Source: a virus
Lineage: Duplodnaviria > Heunggongvirae > Uroviricota > Caudoviricetes
DNA: 64,000 bases
Direction: 5' to 3' (one strand)
IMG/VR virus record: IMGVR_UViG_3300021354_000001
Location: 67 to 64,066 of that record
In this document: in pieces, positions 37,128-47,900 of the stretch
Numbering within the stretch: the first letter of the stretch is position 1
Layout of the letters: each line of letters starts with the position of its first letter
Program-made: the position numbers and the translations under genes
The notes under the pieces: generated by a model
What the model was told of the DNA's origin: nothing
Database searches by the model: none
Seen by the model: only the letters and a program-made list of their open reading frames with translations

Positions 37128-38270
37128 ATGGCAGATTTTTCGTTAACCACCCTCTTTGTGGTTCCAGTAGGAAATTCACTCCCTAGCCCTGGTACATCCA
37201 CACAAGACTTGACCGCTGGTCAATTTGGAATCTTTGGCAGTGATTATACAGTTGCAACAGCTGGTAACATTGCAGGTTTCCCTTATTTTTATTTAGCTCA
37301 AGGACGAGTTAATACTTATTTACAAGGCTCTAAGCGTTCTGATAAGATTGCTTCAAGCAAAGTGAGTGAGTGGTATAAAGTTGTAGGTAATCCTATTGCT
37401 GCTAACCAAGTAACTGAAGTAGGTAATTTCACTGTTAAACCAGGAGAAGTTGTCACCCTAACTTTACGTGCTTTCTCTAGCTACATTAACACCTTGTATT
37501 TCAATGGTTTCACACGTTCAGTAACAGTGAATGCTCCATGTCTAGCATGTGGTGGCGATCCTTGTACTGATGTTGATGTACCAGCTTTAATTGATAATTT
37601 GATTTATCATTTAGAATTGAAAGCTCCAGGTAACAATCCTGACAACATTTCTTTTAGCACTTTCTATCAGTTCCAACGTATTGGTGATGATCAAAATGCT
37701 AAATTAGTTATCTCTGGTAAACCATTAACTCAATATGGACAACCATGTGATGTTGCTGCTTTCCCTTGGGAGTATGACCGTATGTGGTTCCGTACCTTTA
37801 TTTATTCTGGTCCAGCTACCACTGCTGACTTCATTGTATTTGATCCTTGTAATATGGTTGCTGAACCTTTAGTTACTCAACGTAGCTCTTATGTTTCTGG
37901 TAGCTCTGCAGAGATTCAACAATTAGAAAAGAACTTCTACAGCTATCAAGCTGGTTATTTGAAGCATCTTTACAGAATGGTTGGTTACAATGAAAACTTT
38001 GAAAGCTGGGTAACTGATGGTACTTCATATACCACTTATTACATCAAGTTTAATGAGTATGACAAATCAGCTTACCAATGGGGTGATTACATTATGGAAG
38101 ATAGCACAGTGATTGTTGCTGTTCCTTATGGTGCAACCTCTGGAATTGAGGCAGTTTTAGTGGCAGCATTAGGTACTCCAGTTGATGATAGTGGTGACAC
38201 TACTGTTACAACTAGTACTACTACTACTGTATGGCCTTCTACATCAACAACAACTACCTTGCTTCCATAA
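37128..38270 (+). CDS. putative abundant structural protein (tail tube-like or major virion protein) with a C-terminal poly-Thr tail
   Basis: 380 aa with high-expression codon usage. It ends TSTTTTVWPSTSTTTT. Confidence 0.4.
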   Translation: MADFSLTTLFVVPVGNSLPSPGTSTQDLTAGQFGIFGSDYTVATAGNIAGFPYFYLAQGRVNTYLQGSKRSDKIASSKVSEWYKVVGNPIAANQVTEVGNFTVKPGEVVTLTLRAFSSYINTLYFNGFTRSVTVNAPCLACGGDPCTDVDVPALIDNLIYHLELKAPGNNPDNISFSTFYQFQRIGDDQNAKLVISGKPLTQYGQPCDVAAFPWEYDRMWFRTFIYSGPATTADFIVFDPCNMVAEPLVTQRSSYVSGSSAEIQQLEKNFYSYQAGYLKHLYRMVGYNENFESWVTDGTSYTTYYIKFNEYDKSAYQWGDYIMEDSTVIVAVPYGATSGIEAVLVAALGTPVDDSGDTTVTTSTTTTVWPSTSTTTTLLP

Positions 38271-38305
38271 GAAGAAAGTAGTTATTATATAACCTATGCC
38301 AGAGG

Positions 38306-38914
38306 GTGAGAGGATTAATTCTCAAATCCTCTGGCATTATTATTTTAAAGAATATGACTTTAGATATACTGGTAATACCTACTTATAACACATATACATT
38401 AGGAATTGCAGATGCTTCAACATATGATACAGATCCTCCTGTTGTCACTGCTCCTACAATAGAAATTACTATTCCTGGATTTGCTACTCCTGTATTTTTA
38501 CCATTTGTAGTAAATGATTTTAATATATTTAATTCAACATCATTAGGACTTAGTGGTGTAGGAGATCCATTGATTCCTTTACCAGATGGTATATATTATT
38601 TAAGATATACAGTTTCTCCTGCATATATAAATTATGTAGAAAAGAATATAATGCGTACAGAATTAATACAAGAAAAGTTTGATAGTGCTTTTATGAAACT
38701 TGATATGATGGAATGTGATCTTGCTATTAAAACACAATCAAAAGTGAATTTAAATAGTATATATTATATGATATCAGGATCTATAGCTGCAGCTAATAAC
38801 TGTGCTGTAGATACAGCTAACACATTGTATATACAAGCAAATAATATGTTGAATAACTTTATAAGAAACAACTGTGGTTGTTCTGGTAACAATTATCAAA
38901 TTAACTTTGTTTAA
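38306..38914 (+). CDS. hypothetical structural protein
   Basis: 202 aa ORF. Confidence 0.4.
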   Translation: MRGLILKSSGIIILKNMTLDILVIPTYNTYTLGIADASTYDTDPPVVTAPTIEITIPGFATPVFLPFVVNDFNIFNSTSLGLSGVGDPLIPLPDGIYYLRYTVSPAYINYVEKNIMRTELIQEKFDSAFMKLDMMECDLAIKTQSKVNLNSIYYMISGSIAAANNCAVDTANTLYIQANNMLNNFIRNNCGCSGNNYQINFV

Positions 38915-38915
38915 A

Positions 38916-39045
38916 ATGGCAAACTGTAAAAACTGTAGAGCTAAGGTGGGATGTGGTTGTCAATTAATTAATGGCTTATGTTCAGCATGTAACTATGCTG
39001 TTCAGCAAGCAGCTAAACTAGCTAAAGATGTTATCGCCAAGATTA
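38916..39045 (+). CDS. small Cys-rich protein of 43 aa, absent from the ORF track
   Basis: MANCKNCRAKVGCGCQLINGLCSACNYAVQQAAK... contains 7 Cys. Confidence 0.3.
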
Positions 39046-39302
39046 ACTAACTGTATAGAATGTGCAAGCATTCCTGTGTTACTAAAAGATATTGATGCAA
39101 AGCTAACAGAGTTGGCTAAGATTCAATATAATAATATTATATTTTCTATGAACTATAACCTTGGATGTAGTCCAATTGGTGATTTATTAAATTACAAAAG
39201 AATATTAACATATAAGTATTGTAATCCAGATTATGCTAAAAGGTACACTGTAAAAAGAATAGCTAGTAGAGTTAAACTTTTAATTCATAAATAACTTATA
39301 AG

Positions 39303-40493
39303 ATGCCAGAAACCACTACCACCACTACTTCTAGTAGTACTTCTAGTACAACTTCTACCACTACTACAGCATATCACAGTTCTTGTGATGCTTGTTATAA
39401 TGGTTGTGTATCAGTAACTCCTGATGCGTGTGTTAGATATACAGGAATTGATTATCCTGCTTTAGGTATTGTTACAGGAGATTCATTACTCACTATAGAA
39501 AATATATTGATTAATAATGTTATCTCTTTTTTAGATGGAACAGGTATTAATATCACTATAGATCCTTCATACTATTGCGAACTTGTTAGCCAATATTTAG
39601 TAGATACTCCAATTCCTACAGTGCCTCAATTGTTTAGTGCTTTAGTAAGAGCTGCTTGTAGTTTACAAGCTCAAGTAACAGCAATTGATGAAACACTAGC
39701 TATATTAAATGCTGATTATGATGTAGACTGTTTAACTGGTGTAACAGACTCTAGTGATACACATGCTGTATTACAAGCTGTTATAACAAAGCTTTGTTTA
39801 GTAAGTGCTAACCTAGATGCATTTGAAATCTATGCAGATGTTACATATGTAAAACTTGCTGATTTAAATGCCCTAATAGCTGCTTATTTATCTAGTCAAC
39901 TTCCTTCTACACAACAGTATGTAAAGATGATCCCTTACGCTGCTATAGAGTATTATGGACCATTGACAAACTTTGATGGTACAGGTGCTGGTATAAGTGC
40001 ATTAGGATGGGATAAGGTGTATCTATGTAATGGTTCAAATGGTACTCCTGATAAAAGAGGAAGAGTTGGTGTTGGTGCAATACTTGATGTACCAGGTGGT
40101 CCATTATCTTCTGTTGTAAATCCTATATATGCTGGTAATCCAAATTATGATCTTGGAGATGTGGCTGGTTCAAATACAGTGGGATTAAATGTTTCACAAA
40201 TACCTAGTCACACACATGCAACAACTGTATCACAAAGTACAGCAACTAAAGCAAATGGTCTATTAGTAGATCCTGGACATACACACTATGCAGGACATGC
40301 AGGAGATACTGGTGGAGGTGGTACTATAGGTCTATCTACAAATAGTCCTCAGAATGTTTTAACAACATCATCATATACAAACATCAGTGTAACAACTGCT
40401 GTAGGTGTAAGTAATGGTAATACTGGTAGTGGTGAAAATCATGCAAATATTCAACCTGTTATTGCTGCATATTATATAATGTATATTCCTTAA
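39303..40493 (+). CDS. tail fibre protein with a C-terminal phage tail-collar domain
   Basis: The C-terminal VSQIPSHTHAT...GENHANIQPVIAAYYIMY matches the tail-collar/MDP motif (EMPSHTH...HNNMPPY). The N-terminus opens with a poly-Thr/Ser run followed by a Cys-rich module. Confidence 0.6.
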   Translation: MPETTTTTTSSSTSSTTSTTTTAYHSSCDACYNGCVSVTPDACVRYTGIDYPALGIVTGDSLLTIENILINNVISFLDGTGINITIDPSYYCELVSQYLVDTPIPTVPQLFSALVRAACSLQAQVTAIDETLAILNADYDVDCLTGVTDSSDTHAVLQAVITKLCLVSANLDAFEIYADVTYVKLADLNALIAAYLSSQLPSTQQYVKMIPYAAIEYYGPLTNFDGTGAGISALGWDKVYLCNGSNGTPDKRGRVGVGAILDVPGGPLSSVVNPIYAGNPNYDLGDVAGSNTVGLNVSQIPSHTHATTVSQSTATKANGLLVDPGHTHYAGHAGDTGGGGTIGLSTNSPQNVLTTSSYTNISVTTAVGVSNGNTGSGENHANIQPVIAAYYIMYIP

Positions 40494-40512
40494 TATTATA
40501 AATCAACTATAA

Positions 40513-40821
40513 ATGGCTTGCCTACCTGGAACTCCATGTTATAATGCTTACTATCATCCAAGTGAAAACTGTGGATGTAGTGAATGTGTAATCACATCTA
40601 ATAATGTAACATATAGTGGTCCTAACCTACCAAATACAGATATTGTTACAGGAGAGTGTCTTACAACATCATTACAGAAGATAGATGCTAAATTAGATCC
40701 TACAGCACTTGCTCATGAAGTTTTAGCAACAATAGCATTGAGTCCTTCTCTATCCTTATTATTTTGTACGCTAGTAAGTAATTGTACATCAACTACTACT
40801 ACCACTACAACAACTCCTTAA
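40513..40821 (+). CDS. small fibre-associated protein. It shares the Cys-rich N-terminal module with the 39303 gene and ends in a poly-Thr run
   Basis: CGCSECVITSNNVTYSGPNLPNTDIVTGECLTTSL aligns with CDACYNGCVSVTPDACVRYTGIDYPALGIVTGDSLLTI of the 39303 ORF. Confidence 0.45.
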   Translation: MACLPGTPCYNAYYHPSENCGCSECVITSNNVTYSGPNLPNTDIVTGECLTTSLQKIDAKLDPTALAHEVLATIALSPSLSLLFCTLVSNCTSTTTTTTTTP

Positions 40822-40831
40822 AACCAAACCA

Positions 40832-41317
40832 ATGACAGTATTAATAACATTAACTTTAGCAGGTGCAGATACAGGTCCTTTTGACTTATATTCAGATTTA
40901 GATGGATACACTACACCTTTTGAAACAGGTGTATCTAAAGCTGCATTACTTGCTGGATATTTATCATCATTAGTTCCTGATGGAACAACTAATATCCTTG
41001 TACAATCTACAGGAGTTTGTGATAGAGACTTATATTTAACTGTTGAAGGTTATCCAACTACAACAACCACTACAAGTTCATCTACTACAACTACTACAAC
41101 TAGTACACCTACAACCACTACAACCACAACTACTACAGCACTTCCTTGTACAAACTATTATAACAATACAGAAACTACATATGTAGTAAACTATGTTGAT
41201 TGTTTTGGTGGACCACAAGTAATAGGTTATTCATTAACTCCAGGAAATGGATTGTGTGTTCAGTCAATAAGTGGTGACTATGGATATCTATTAGATCTAG
41301 GAGCCTGTGTTGCATAA
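40832..41317 (+). CDS. tail fibre-like protein with an internal poly-Thr linker
   Basis: 161 aa. Its N-terminal domain is paralogous to that of the 50013 gene (LAGADTGPF...ILVQSTGVC against LTGAGNRTGPF...ILQSTGKC). Confidence 0.45.
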   Translation: MTVLITLTLAGADTGPFDLYSDLDGYTTPFETGVSKAALLAGYLSSLVPDGTTNILVQSTGVCDRDLYLTVEGYPTTTTTTSSSTTTTTTSTPTTTTTTTTTALPCTNYYNNTETTYVVNYVDCFGGPQVIGYSLTPGNGLCVQSISGDYGYLLDLGACVA

Positions 41318-41353
41318 TTAATCAAAAATCTTGTTTGTTGGTTTACAAGATTT

Positions 41354-41385
41354 CCCCCTTGAGTTTCTACTTAGGGGGTTTTTTG
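41354..41385 (+). terminator. rho-independent terminator
   Basis: ccccc (41354-41358) pairs with ggggg (41374-41378) and is followed by ttttttgttt. Confidence 0.55.
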
Positions 41386-41438
41386 TTTAAACTCTAATCA
41401 ACTTGATTAAAGTGAATAATCAAATAAGTTAATTAAAT

Positions 41439-41470
41439 TTGGTAGATATCAAAATAAATACCTATCTTTA
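41439..41470 (+). promoter_or_regulatory. promoter-like element (TTTG, a 20 nt spacer, then TATCTTTA, which is one mismatch from the -7 consensus)
   Basis: It sits between the terminator and the 41497 start. Confidence 0.3.
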
Positions 41471-41496
41471 CTCTAATTTTAACCAAAAAAGACCAT

Positions 41497-42747
41497 ATGT
41501 CAGAAAACAACAACCTGTTGAACCAGCTTCAACAAATGTTACATTGGAAGAAAAGTAAAAAGTTTTATGCAGAAAAATTAGGAATTACAGAGTTTGAAAT
41601 TGATGAGCTGTTATCAGACATCAGAAGAAGAGAGCAGGCTGAAGAAGCTGCTGAGATAGGAAACTACATTAGTGAATTAGAAGATGTAGTGGTTAAGTTT
41701 GAAGAAGACTTAGCTAAAGGAATAGGAGAGATTGTAATTAATACAAAAGAAGAGATTAAAAGCTTAGAAGAGCTTATAATCAAATGTAAAATAGATACAG
41801 ATAAGTGGGAGATAACTAAATATGTACAGAATTTCTGGGGTAATGGTACATCTCCACATTGGCAGGTTAAAGCTTGGTTAGGTAAAAAGAAAGATGAACA
41901 GGTATTCCAAGATTCATTCATTGACTTCCTAGCTTCATATGAACCCATCTCTCAAGAAATAATGAGTCCTAAGTTTGCTTTAAATAAATCTTTTGGCTCA
42001 TTAATTATTAATAAACAAGACTCTCATCTAAACAAATATGATATTGATGGAAATAATGACATCAATGAAAGATTAGGAGATATTCTATACAAGGTGGAAT
42101 TGATTGCTACACAAGCAGCTCTTTCAAACAATCTAGAGAACATCACATACATTATTGGTTCTGATGAATTTAATAGTGAATATTCAGGAGCTACAACCAA
42201 GGGTACCCCTCAAACTAATACACATACATATCAACAATCGTTTGAATATATATGTAACCATGAGGTGTTAATGATTACAATGTTATTACAATATGCTGAA
42301 AATGTTAATGTTGTATATGTAGCAGGTAATCATGATGAGTATGTAGGATGGCATATGGTTAATTGGTTACAAAGTTATTTTAGAGGAACAGCTAGATTAA
42401 CATTTGATTGTTCTCCTAAATATAGAAAGTATATAAGTTATGGTATTTCTGCTATGATGTTTAATCATGGAGATGCTATTAAGCCTGCTAAGTTAGCAGC
42501 AATATTTCCAATGGAATTTAAAGATGGTTGGTCTTTTCATAAAAACTTTTACATCTTTACAGGAGATAAGCACCATGAGGTGAGTCACGATTTTAATGGT
42601 ATTAAATTTTACCAAATTCCAGCATTCTCTAATGCTAAAAGTCTTTGGGATGATAAGAATGGTCATGTGATGTCAAAAGCTGAAGTGACTGGATTCTTAA
42701 TAGATGAGAATGATGGGATGACAAATATATTCAAACAATACTTATAA
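41497..42747 (+). CDS. calcineurin-like metallophosphoesterase-like protein, divergent
   Basis: VYVAGNHDEY is a GNHD/E motif. MFNHGD and GDKHHEV are candidates for the downstream metal-binding His motifs. An N-terminal coiled-coil region is present. Confidence 0.4.
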   Translation: MSENNNLLNQLQQMLHWKKSKKFYAEKLGITEFEIDELLSDIRRREQAEEAAEIGNYISELEDVVVKFEEDLAKGIGEIVINTKEEIKSLEELIIKCKIDTDKWEITKYVQNFWGNGTSPHWQVKAWLGKKKDEQVFQDSFIDFLASYEPISQEIMSPKFALNKSFGSLIINKQDSHLNKYDIDGNNDINERLGDILYKVELIATQAALSNNLENITYIIGSDEFNSEYSGATTKGTPQTNTHTYQQSFEYICNHEVLMITMLLQYAENVNVVYVAGNHDEYVGWHMVNWLQSYFRGTARLTFDCSPKYRKYISYGISAMMFNHGDAIKPAKLAAIFPMEFKDGWSFHKNFYIFTGDKHHEVSHDFNGIKFYQIPAFSNAKSLWDDKNGHVMSKAEVTGFLIDENDGMTNIFKQYL

Positions 42748-43478
42748 TGGCAACATTAAGAAAAATGGTTTCAGATGTGCGGTCAATGCACAAGCTTTTA
42801 TCAACAGATAATTTAATAACTGATAGAGTGGTGGCATCTGAAATTAAAAACAATACACAATTATTGATTAAACGTGAGACAAACCTCAGAAAGCTTTGGG
42901 CTACTGATACTGTATTTACTACCATCCCTTGTTTAGAGATGATAGAAGTTCCTATTTCTGAGTGTTGTGAATATGTTGATCCTTGTAATGTAGCAAGAAC
43001 TAGATTTAAAATTCCTCGTATATCTGAAGGAAACTACCAATATCTTATTCAAGGTGTTTATTCTATAAATGCTATGGGTGGACAGGGTAAGAGATTTAAA
43101 GAGATTACAATCAATAGGTATTTAAATCTATTAAAACTTCCTATTATAAAGAAAGAACAATATTATTGGATAACTAATGGTTATCTCTACATTAATAATC
43201 CTTTGTTAAAAGCTGTTAGAATAGCTGCTTTCTTTGAAGAAGATGTTCCTAATGAGATTATGTATCCAGAATGTGGATGTGGACCTGGACCTACTGTAAG
43301 CACAGAAGACTGGTGTAAGAATCCATTGGATAAAGAATATGGATGTCCAGGTTATTTAGAAAAACAAGTGTTAGAACTAACATCTCAAAAGTTATTATCT
43401 ACTTATTTCAGAATTAAAACAGATATGACATTTGATGGTGTAGATGGTCAAGCACCAAATGCACAACCAAATCACTAA
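42747..43478 (+). CDS. hypothetical structural protein
   Basis: 243 aa ORF. Confidence 0.4.
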   Translation: MATLRKMVSDVRSMHKLLSTDNLITDRVVASEIKNNTQLLIKRETNLRKLWATDTVFTTIPCLEMIEVPISECCEYVDPCNVARTRFKIPRISEGNYQYLIQGVYSINAMGGQGKRFKEITINRYLNLLKLPIIKKEQYYWITNGYLYINNPLLKAVRIAAFFEEDVPNEIMYPECGCGPGPTVSTEDWCKNPLDKEYGCPGYLEKQVLELTSQKLLSTYFRIKTDMTFDGVDGQAPNAQPNH

Positions 43479-43957
43479 TGCCTAGAGTTCATATAGAGTG
43501 GAGAAGCTCCAGTAAAGATAACTATAATAACTTCTGTAAGAAGAATCCTGATATCAAACTTACATTTGATGAATGGAGAAACATTATATACTCTTATAAT
43601 GAGCATTTCAAGAATTATATATTAGAAACTGGAGAGAAGGCTAGATTACCTTTTGGGTTTGGTGAGTTTTCAATTAACAAAAAGAAGAGAAAGAAAATAA
43701 AGAACATCCAAGGTAAAGAGTATGTTAATCTACCTGTCAATTGGCAAAGAACCAAAGAGAAGGGAAAGATGATATATAATTTTAATTACCATACAGAAGG
43801 CTATTTTTTTGGCTGGATGTGGTTTAAAGAATCAACTAGACTAAAGAATATAAACCTTTGGTATTTTAAACCTTCACGTACTACATCACGATTGTTATCA
43901 CATTACATCAATACAAACGATAAATATCAACATATTTATTGTGAGTGGAAAAAATAA
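43478..43957 (+). CDS. hypothetical protein
   Basis: 159 aa ORF. Confidence 0.4.
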   Translation: MPRVHIEWRSSSKDNYNNFCKKNPDIKLTFDEWRNIIYSYNEHFKNYILETGEKARLPFGFGEFSINKKKRKKIKNIQGKEYVNLPVNWQRTKEKGKMIYNFNYHTEGYFFGWMWFKESTRLKNINLWYFKPSRTTSRLLSHYINTNDKYQHIYCEWKK

Positions 43958-43962
43958 AATAA

Positions 43963-44931
43963 ATGTCATACTATTACAAGTATAATTTCATCTCTCCTGA
44001 ACCAGTTTATTCAACTGTCAAGGAAGAGTTAAAAAGCTATTTTGATACAGGAGCTGTAGATGATTTGCTTTTTCCTACCTATCTAGACAAATGTCTTAAG
44101 AAGTTAGGCAGAACAACTTTTGTAATTGCTGAGCAACCTCTATATATTGAGGACTTTCAAGCTAGACTTCCAGATAACTTTTATGCTGTAAGAGAAGCTT
44201 GGATGTGTACAGAGATTCCACAATACCCTTATCAATCAGCTAATTCATTTTATTCTCAAGCTGCTACACAAACAACAATACAGGTGAGTCCTGTTACTAT
44301 TGGTGGTGCTCCTTGTGTTAATCCTACATGTGTAACAGGATGTCCTGAATGTATGCCTGAGCTTATACAAGCTGTATATAAAACAAACAATTCTATAGCT
44401 AGAGCATATCAACAAAACTATTTGCTAAAACCAGGTAATATATCTGCAAGAACAAATTGTAATGTAGATTATAACAATGCTTGGGAGTTTGGACAATATG
44501 CTCCTCCTTTACATGAGTTCACTCCAGGATCTGCTAGTTATGATTCATTTGATGTTAGAGATAATAAGTTTGTTACTAATTTCAGAAATGGTATAGTTCA
44601 TTTAATATTCTATGCCACTGAGTATGATTGTGTTGGTAATCAAATGGTTCCTGATAACTATCGTATTAGAGAATATATAGAAGCATTTATTAAATATAAA
44701 GTGTTTGAAACTCTATCTAACCAGCTCACTGATGAGACCTTTCAACAAATACAGCAAAAGCTAGTATATTACAAAGGTTTATCTGATGAAGCATTTATTA
44801 TGGCTGATATTGAAATCAAGAAACAAACTCCTTGGGAAAAGCAAAGAAGGATAAAGAATGATCTAAACAGAAATAATAAGTACGAATTACCAAATAGAAC
44901 TAACCGTTATGGTTGGAGAAGAAATGGATAA
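43963..44931 (+). CDS. hypothetical structural protein
   Basis: 322 aa ORF. Confidence 0.4.
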   Translation: MSYYYKYNFISPEPVYSTVKEELKSYFDTGAVDDLLFPTYLDKCLKKLGRTTFVIAEQPLYIEDFQARLPDNFYAVREAWMCTEIPQYPYQSANSFYSQAATQTTIQVSPVTIGGAPCVNPTCVTGCPECMPELIQAVYKTNNSIARAYQQNYLLKPGNISARTNCNVDYNNAWEFGQYAPPLHEFTPGSASYDSFDVRDNKFVTNFRNGIVHLIFYATEYDCVGNQMVPDNYRIREYIEAFIKYKVFETLSNQLTDETFQQIQQKLVYYKGLSDEAFIMADIEIKKQTPWEKQRRIKNDLNRNNKYELPNRTNRYGWRRNG

Positions 44932-44941
44932 AATTTAATAA

Positions 44942-47900
44942 ATGGCAGATCAAGAACAAGGGAATGTTAGACAAGAAACCAATTCTGGACAGAGTGGTTT
45001 AAATATGGATTCATCTATAGGACAAGTTCCTAAAGGTGCTCTTACATATGCATTAAACGCTGCTGTAGAAAACTTCGATGCTAATTCTGTAAACTATCAG
45101 AATGAGCCAGGTAATGAGTTTTGTCTAAACTTTCCTGAAAACTTTCATAATATAGGTAATCATTTTATTCCAGAACAAAATAAGCATATATTCTTTTTAG
45201 TTAATCCTGAAACAGGAGCTTCTCAAATAGGATATATGGAAAATAATGATTGTGTATATGTTCAATATATTCAAGGAGACTGTCTTAATTTTAATATAAA
45301 CTATCCAATTCATAAAGCTGTACACAAGATTACAAATTGTGTAACAGAAATATATTGGACAGATGGATTAAATCCTAGAAGATATTTAAATCTAACTAAT
45401 CCACCATGGGTTACAATTTATGTTGATGGGATTATATGTGATCCTGTTGTAGAAGAAGGTGTAATTGATTGTAATAAATTAAATATTCAACCTAATTTTT
45501 CTATACCAGAACTAGTTATAGCAGATGTAACTAATGTTGGAGATTTAACTGCTGGTACATATCAATTTGCTATTCAATACGCTAGTGCTATAGGAGATGG
45601 TTATACATCTTATTATTCAGTTACTAACCCTACATCTATTGCTAATCCTCAACTTACAACACTAGATTTTAATTATGCTGTAGGTAGAGCTATTATAATA
45701 AATATTGATAACTTAGATCTTACAGGATATTTTCAATATTACAACTTAGCTGTAATTAAAACCATAAATGGTGTAGCATCTGTAGAACTTATAGGTACAT
45801 ATTTCATTGATGGTTTAGCAAATCAAATAACATACACAGGACAAAATCTAACACAGATTCCTCTCAGCACTGCTGATATATTTGAGAAGTTTCCATATTA
45901 TGATATAGCTCAAGACTTAACAGCTGTTCAGGATATATTAGTATGGGATAATCTTACATCTATTGATAAAATTAATTATCAAAATATTGCTAATAAGATT
46001 GATCTTCAATGGGAAACTTATAAACTTCCTAGTACAGACAGTTATGCAAATGCATTAAACACTGTAAATCTAAGAGGTTATCTTAGAGATGAGGTGTACG
46101 CATTTGAAATAACATTCTTATTAAAGAACGGTAAACAAACAGATAGTTTTCATATTCCTGGTAGAGCTAAGAATTCAAATGAAGCTTATCCAGATGTACC
46201 ATCAACTAATCCTGATTTTATTGGTTCAGGAACAAGTGCTCCATATTGGCAGATATATAATACAGCATCTGTAACTGGAACTGCTATAGGACCTCCTATT
46301 GGAAATGCTACACCATATCAATATGGTGACTTTGCTTATTGGGAATCAACAGAAGAATATCCATGTAACACTCTTGTATGGGGCAATCTTGCTGGTGCAC
46401 ATATTAGACATCATAAGTTTCCTGATGTATTAATTTCTCCTATATTTGAAACTCCTACACCAGAATATAATGTAGATGGTACATATAAGACCACAATGCA
46501 AAATGATGCTATTTATCCAATTGGTGTTAGAGTTAGTACAGATCAAATTGTTCAATTAATAAATCAATCAACTCTTACACAACAAGAGAAGAACAATATA
46601 GCTGGATATAAAATAACAAGAGGAGATAGAAGTACAAATAAATCTATTGTAGCAAAAGGTATATTAAGAAATGTAGGTAAATACGAAAGAGAAAAAACTG
46701 AATACTACTATCCTAACTATCCTTATAATGATCTTAATAAAGATCCATTCCTTCTTGAGAAGAATAATGGATTTAATTCTCAGTGTGGTACATTTAAAAT
46801 ACTTGTTTACGCTGCTGGTACATTACAATATACAGATTGTAACACTGGTGAATTAACAGTGGAGAATGTAGGTTTTTATACACTTACACAATGTTCTATG
46901 ACTGTGCCTGTTATGTTAACAGGAGCAGCAGTTATTGAGAACATGACAGCTACATCTTATACATTAGCAGCATTTTATGATGGTGTTACTACTTGGGCAA
47001 ATTTTCAATATACTATTCCTGGTGGATCTTCTGCCACTGCATTTGTAGAGGTTGATAAACCACAAACAATAAGTTCTAGTACAGTTCCTACATATACAAA
47101 TGGTACAGGTAAGTATAGCATTACACAAGTTAATAATATAAACATAGCTTGTTATCCTGATGAATTAGAAGCATTTAATGATGATTCTTCTAAATATAGA
47201 CAAGTATTCAATTCTCCTGAAACATCTTTTGGACAACCTATTCTAGGAAATATCCTTAAGTTAGAAAGTGCAATATATGGTGCTGGTAAAGCTCATTTTG
47301 TACAAGTGAAGAAACATGCCTTATATAAACTTATTAGTGAACAAGCACAGGTGGAGGCATTAACATCTAGTTATAACATTGCTTTTATTACAGGTTCGTT
47401 TGACTCTACAGCAATGTTCACTGCTTACCAAGCATATCTACAAATATACATTAATGGTATAAGTAGAAGAAATTTTACATATTCATTCAACTCTATAGCT
47501 AGTTATGACTATAGTGCTGATATAGCTAATAATATAGGAGTTAAACAAAGAGAACTTGATATATATCAATATCTTATCCCTGGTGTACAATCAGTGGGAG
47601 ATGATCATAATGTTAATAACTTTCAAAGAGAATCTTCTGTTTATTTAAAAACAAAAGAAACAGTACAACCTTTACCATTTCCAAATCAAACACCAAGTGT
47701 TGTTGTTGCTGGTAAAAGTTTAATTTCTGATAATTCAAGATTTACACTATCTCAAAGAAATACATGTACTATTCCTGAGATGCAAGAACATATTGATACA
47801 ATTTGTTACTATGCATCACTTAAAACTATGTTTATAAATCAGTGGGGGCAAATGTATTCTTATAGTACAATTGATACAGGATTTCAAAGAATCTTTAATA

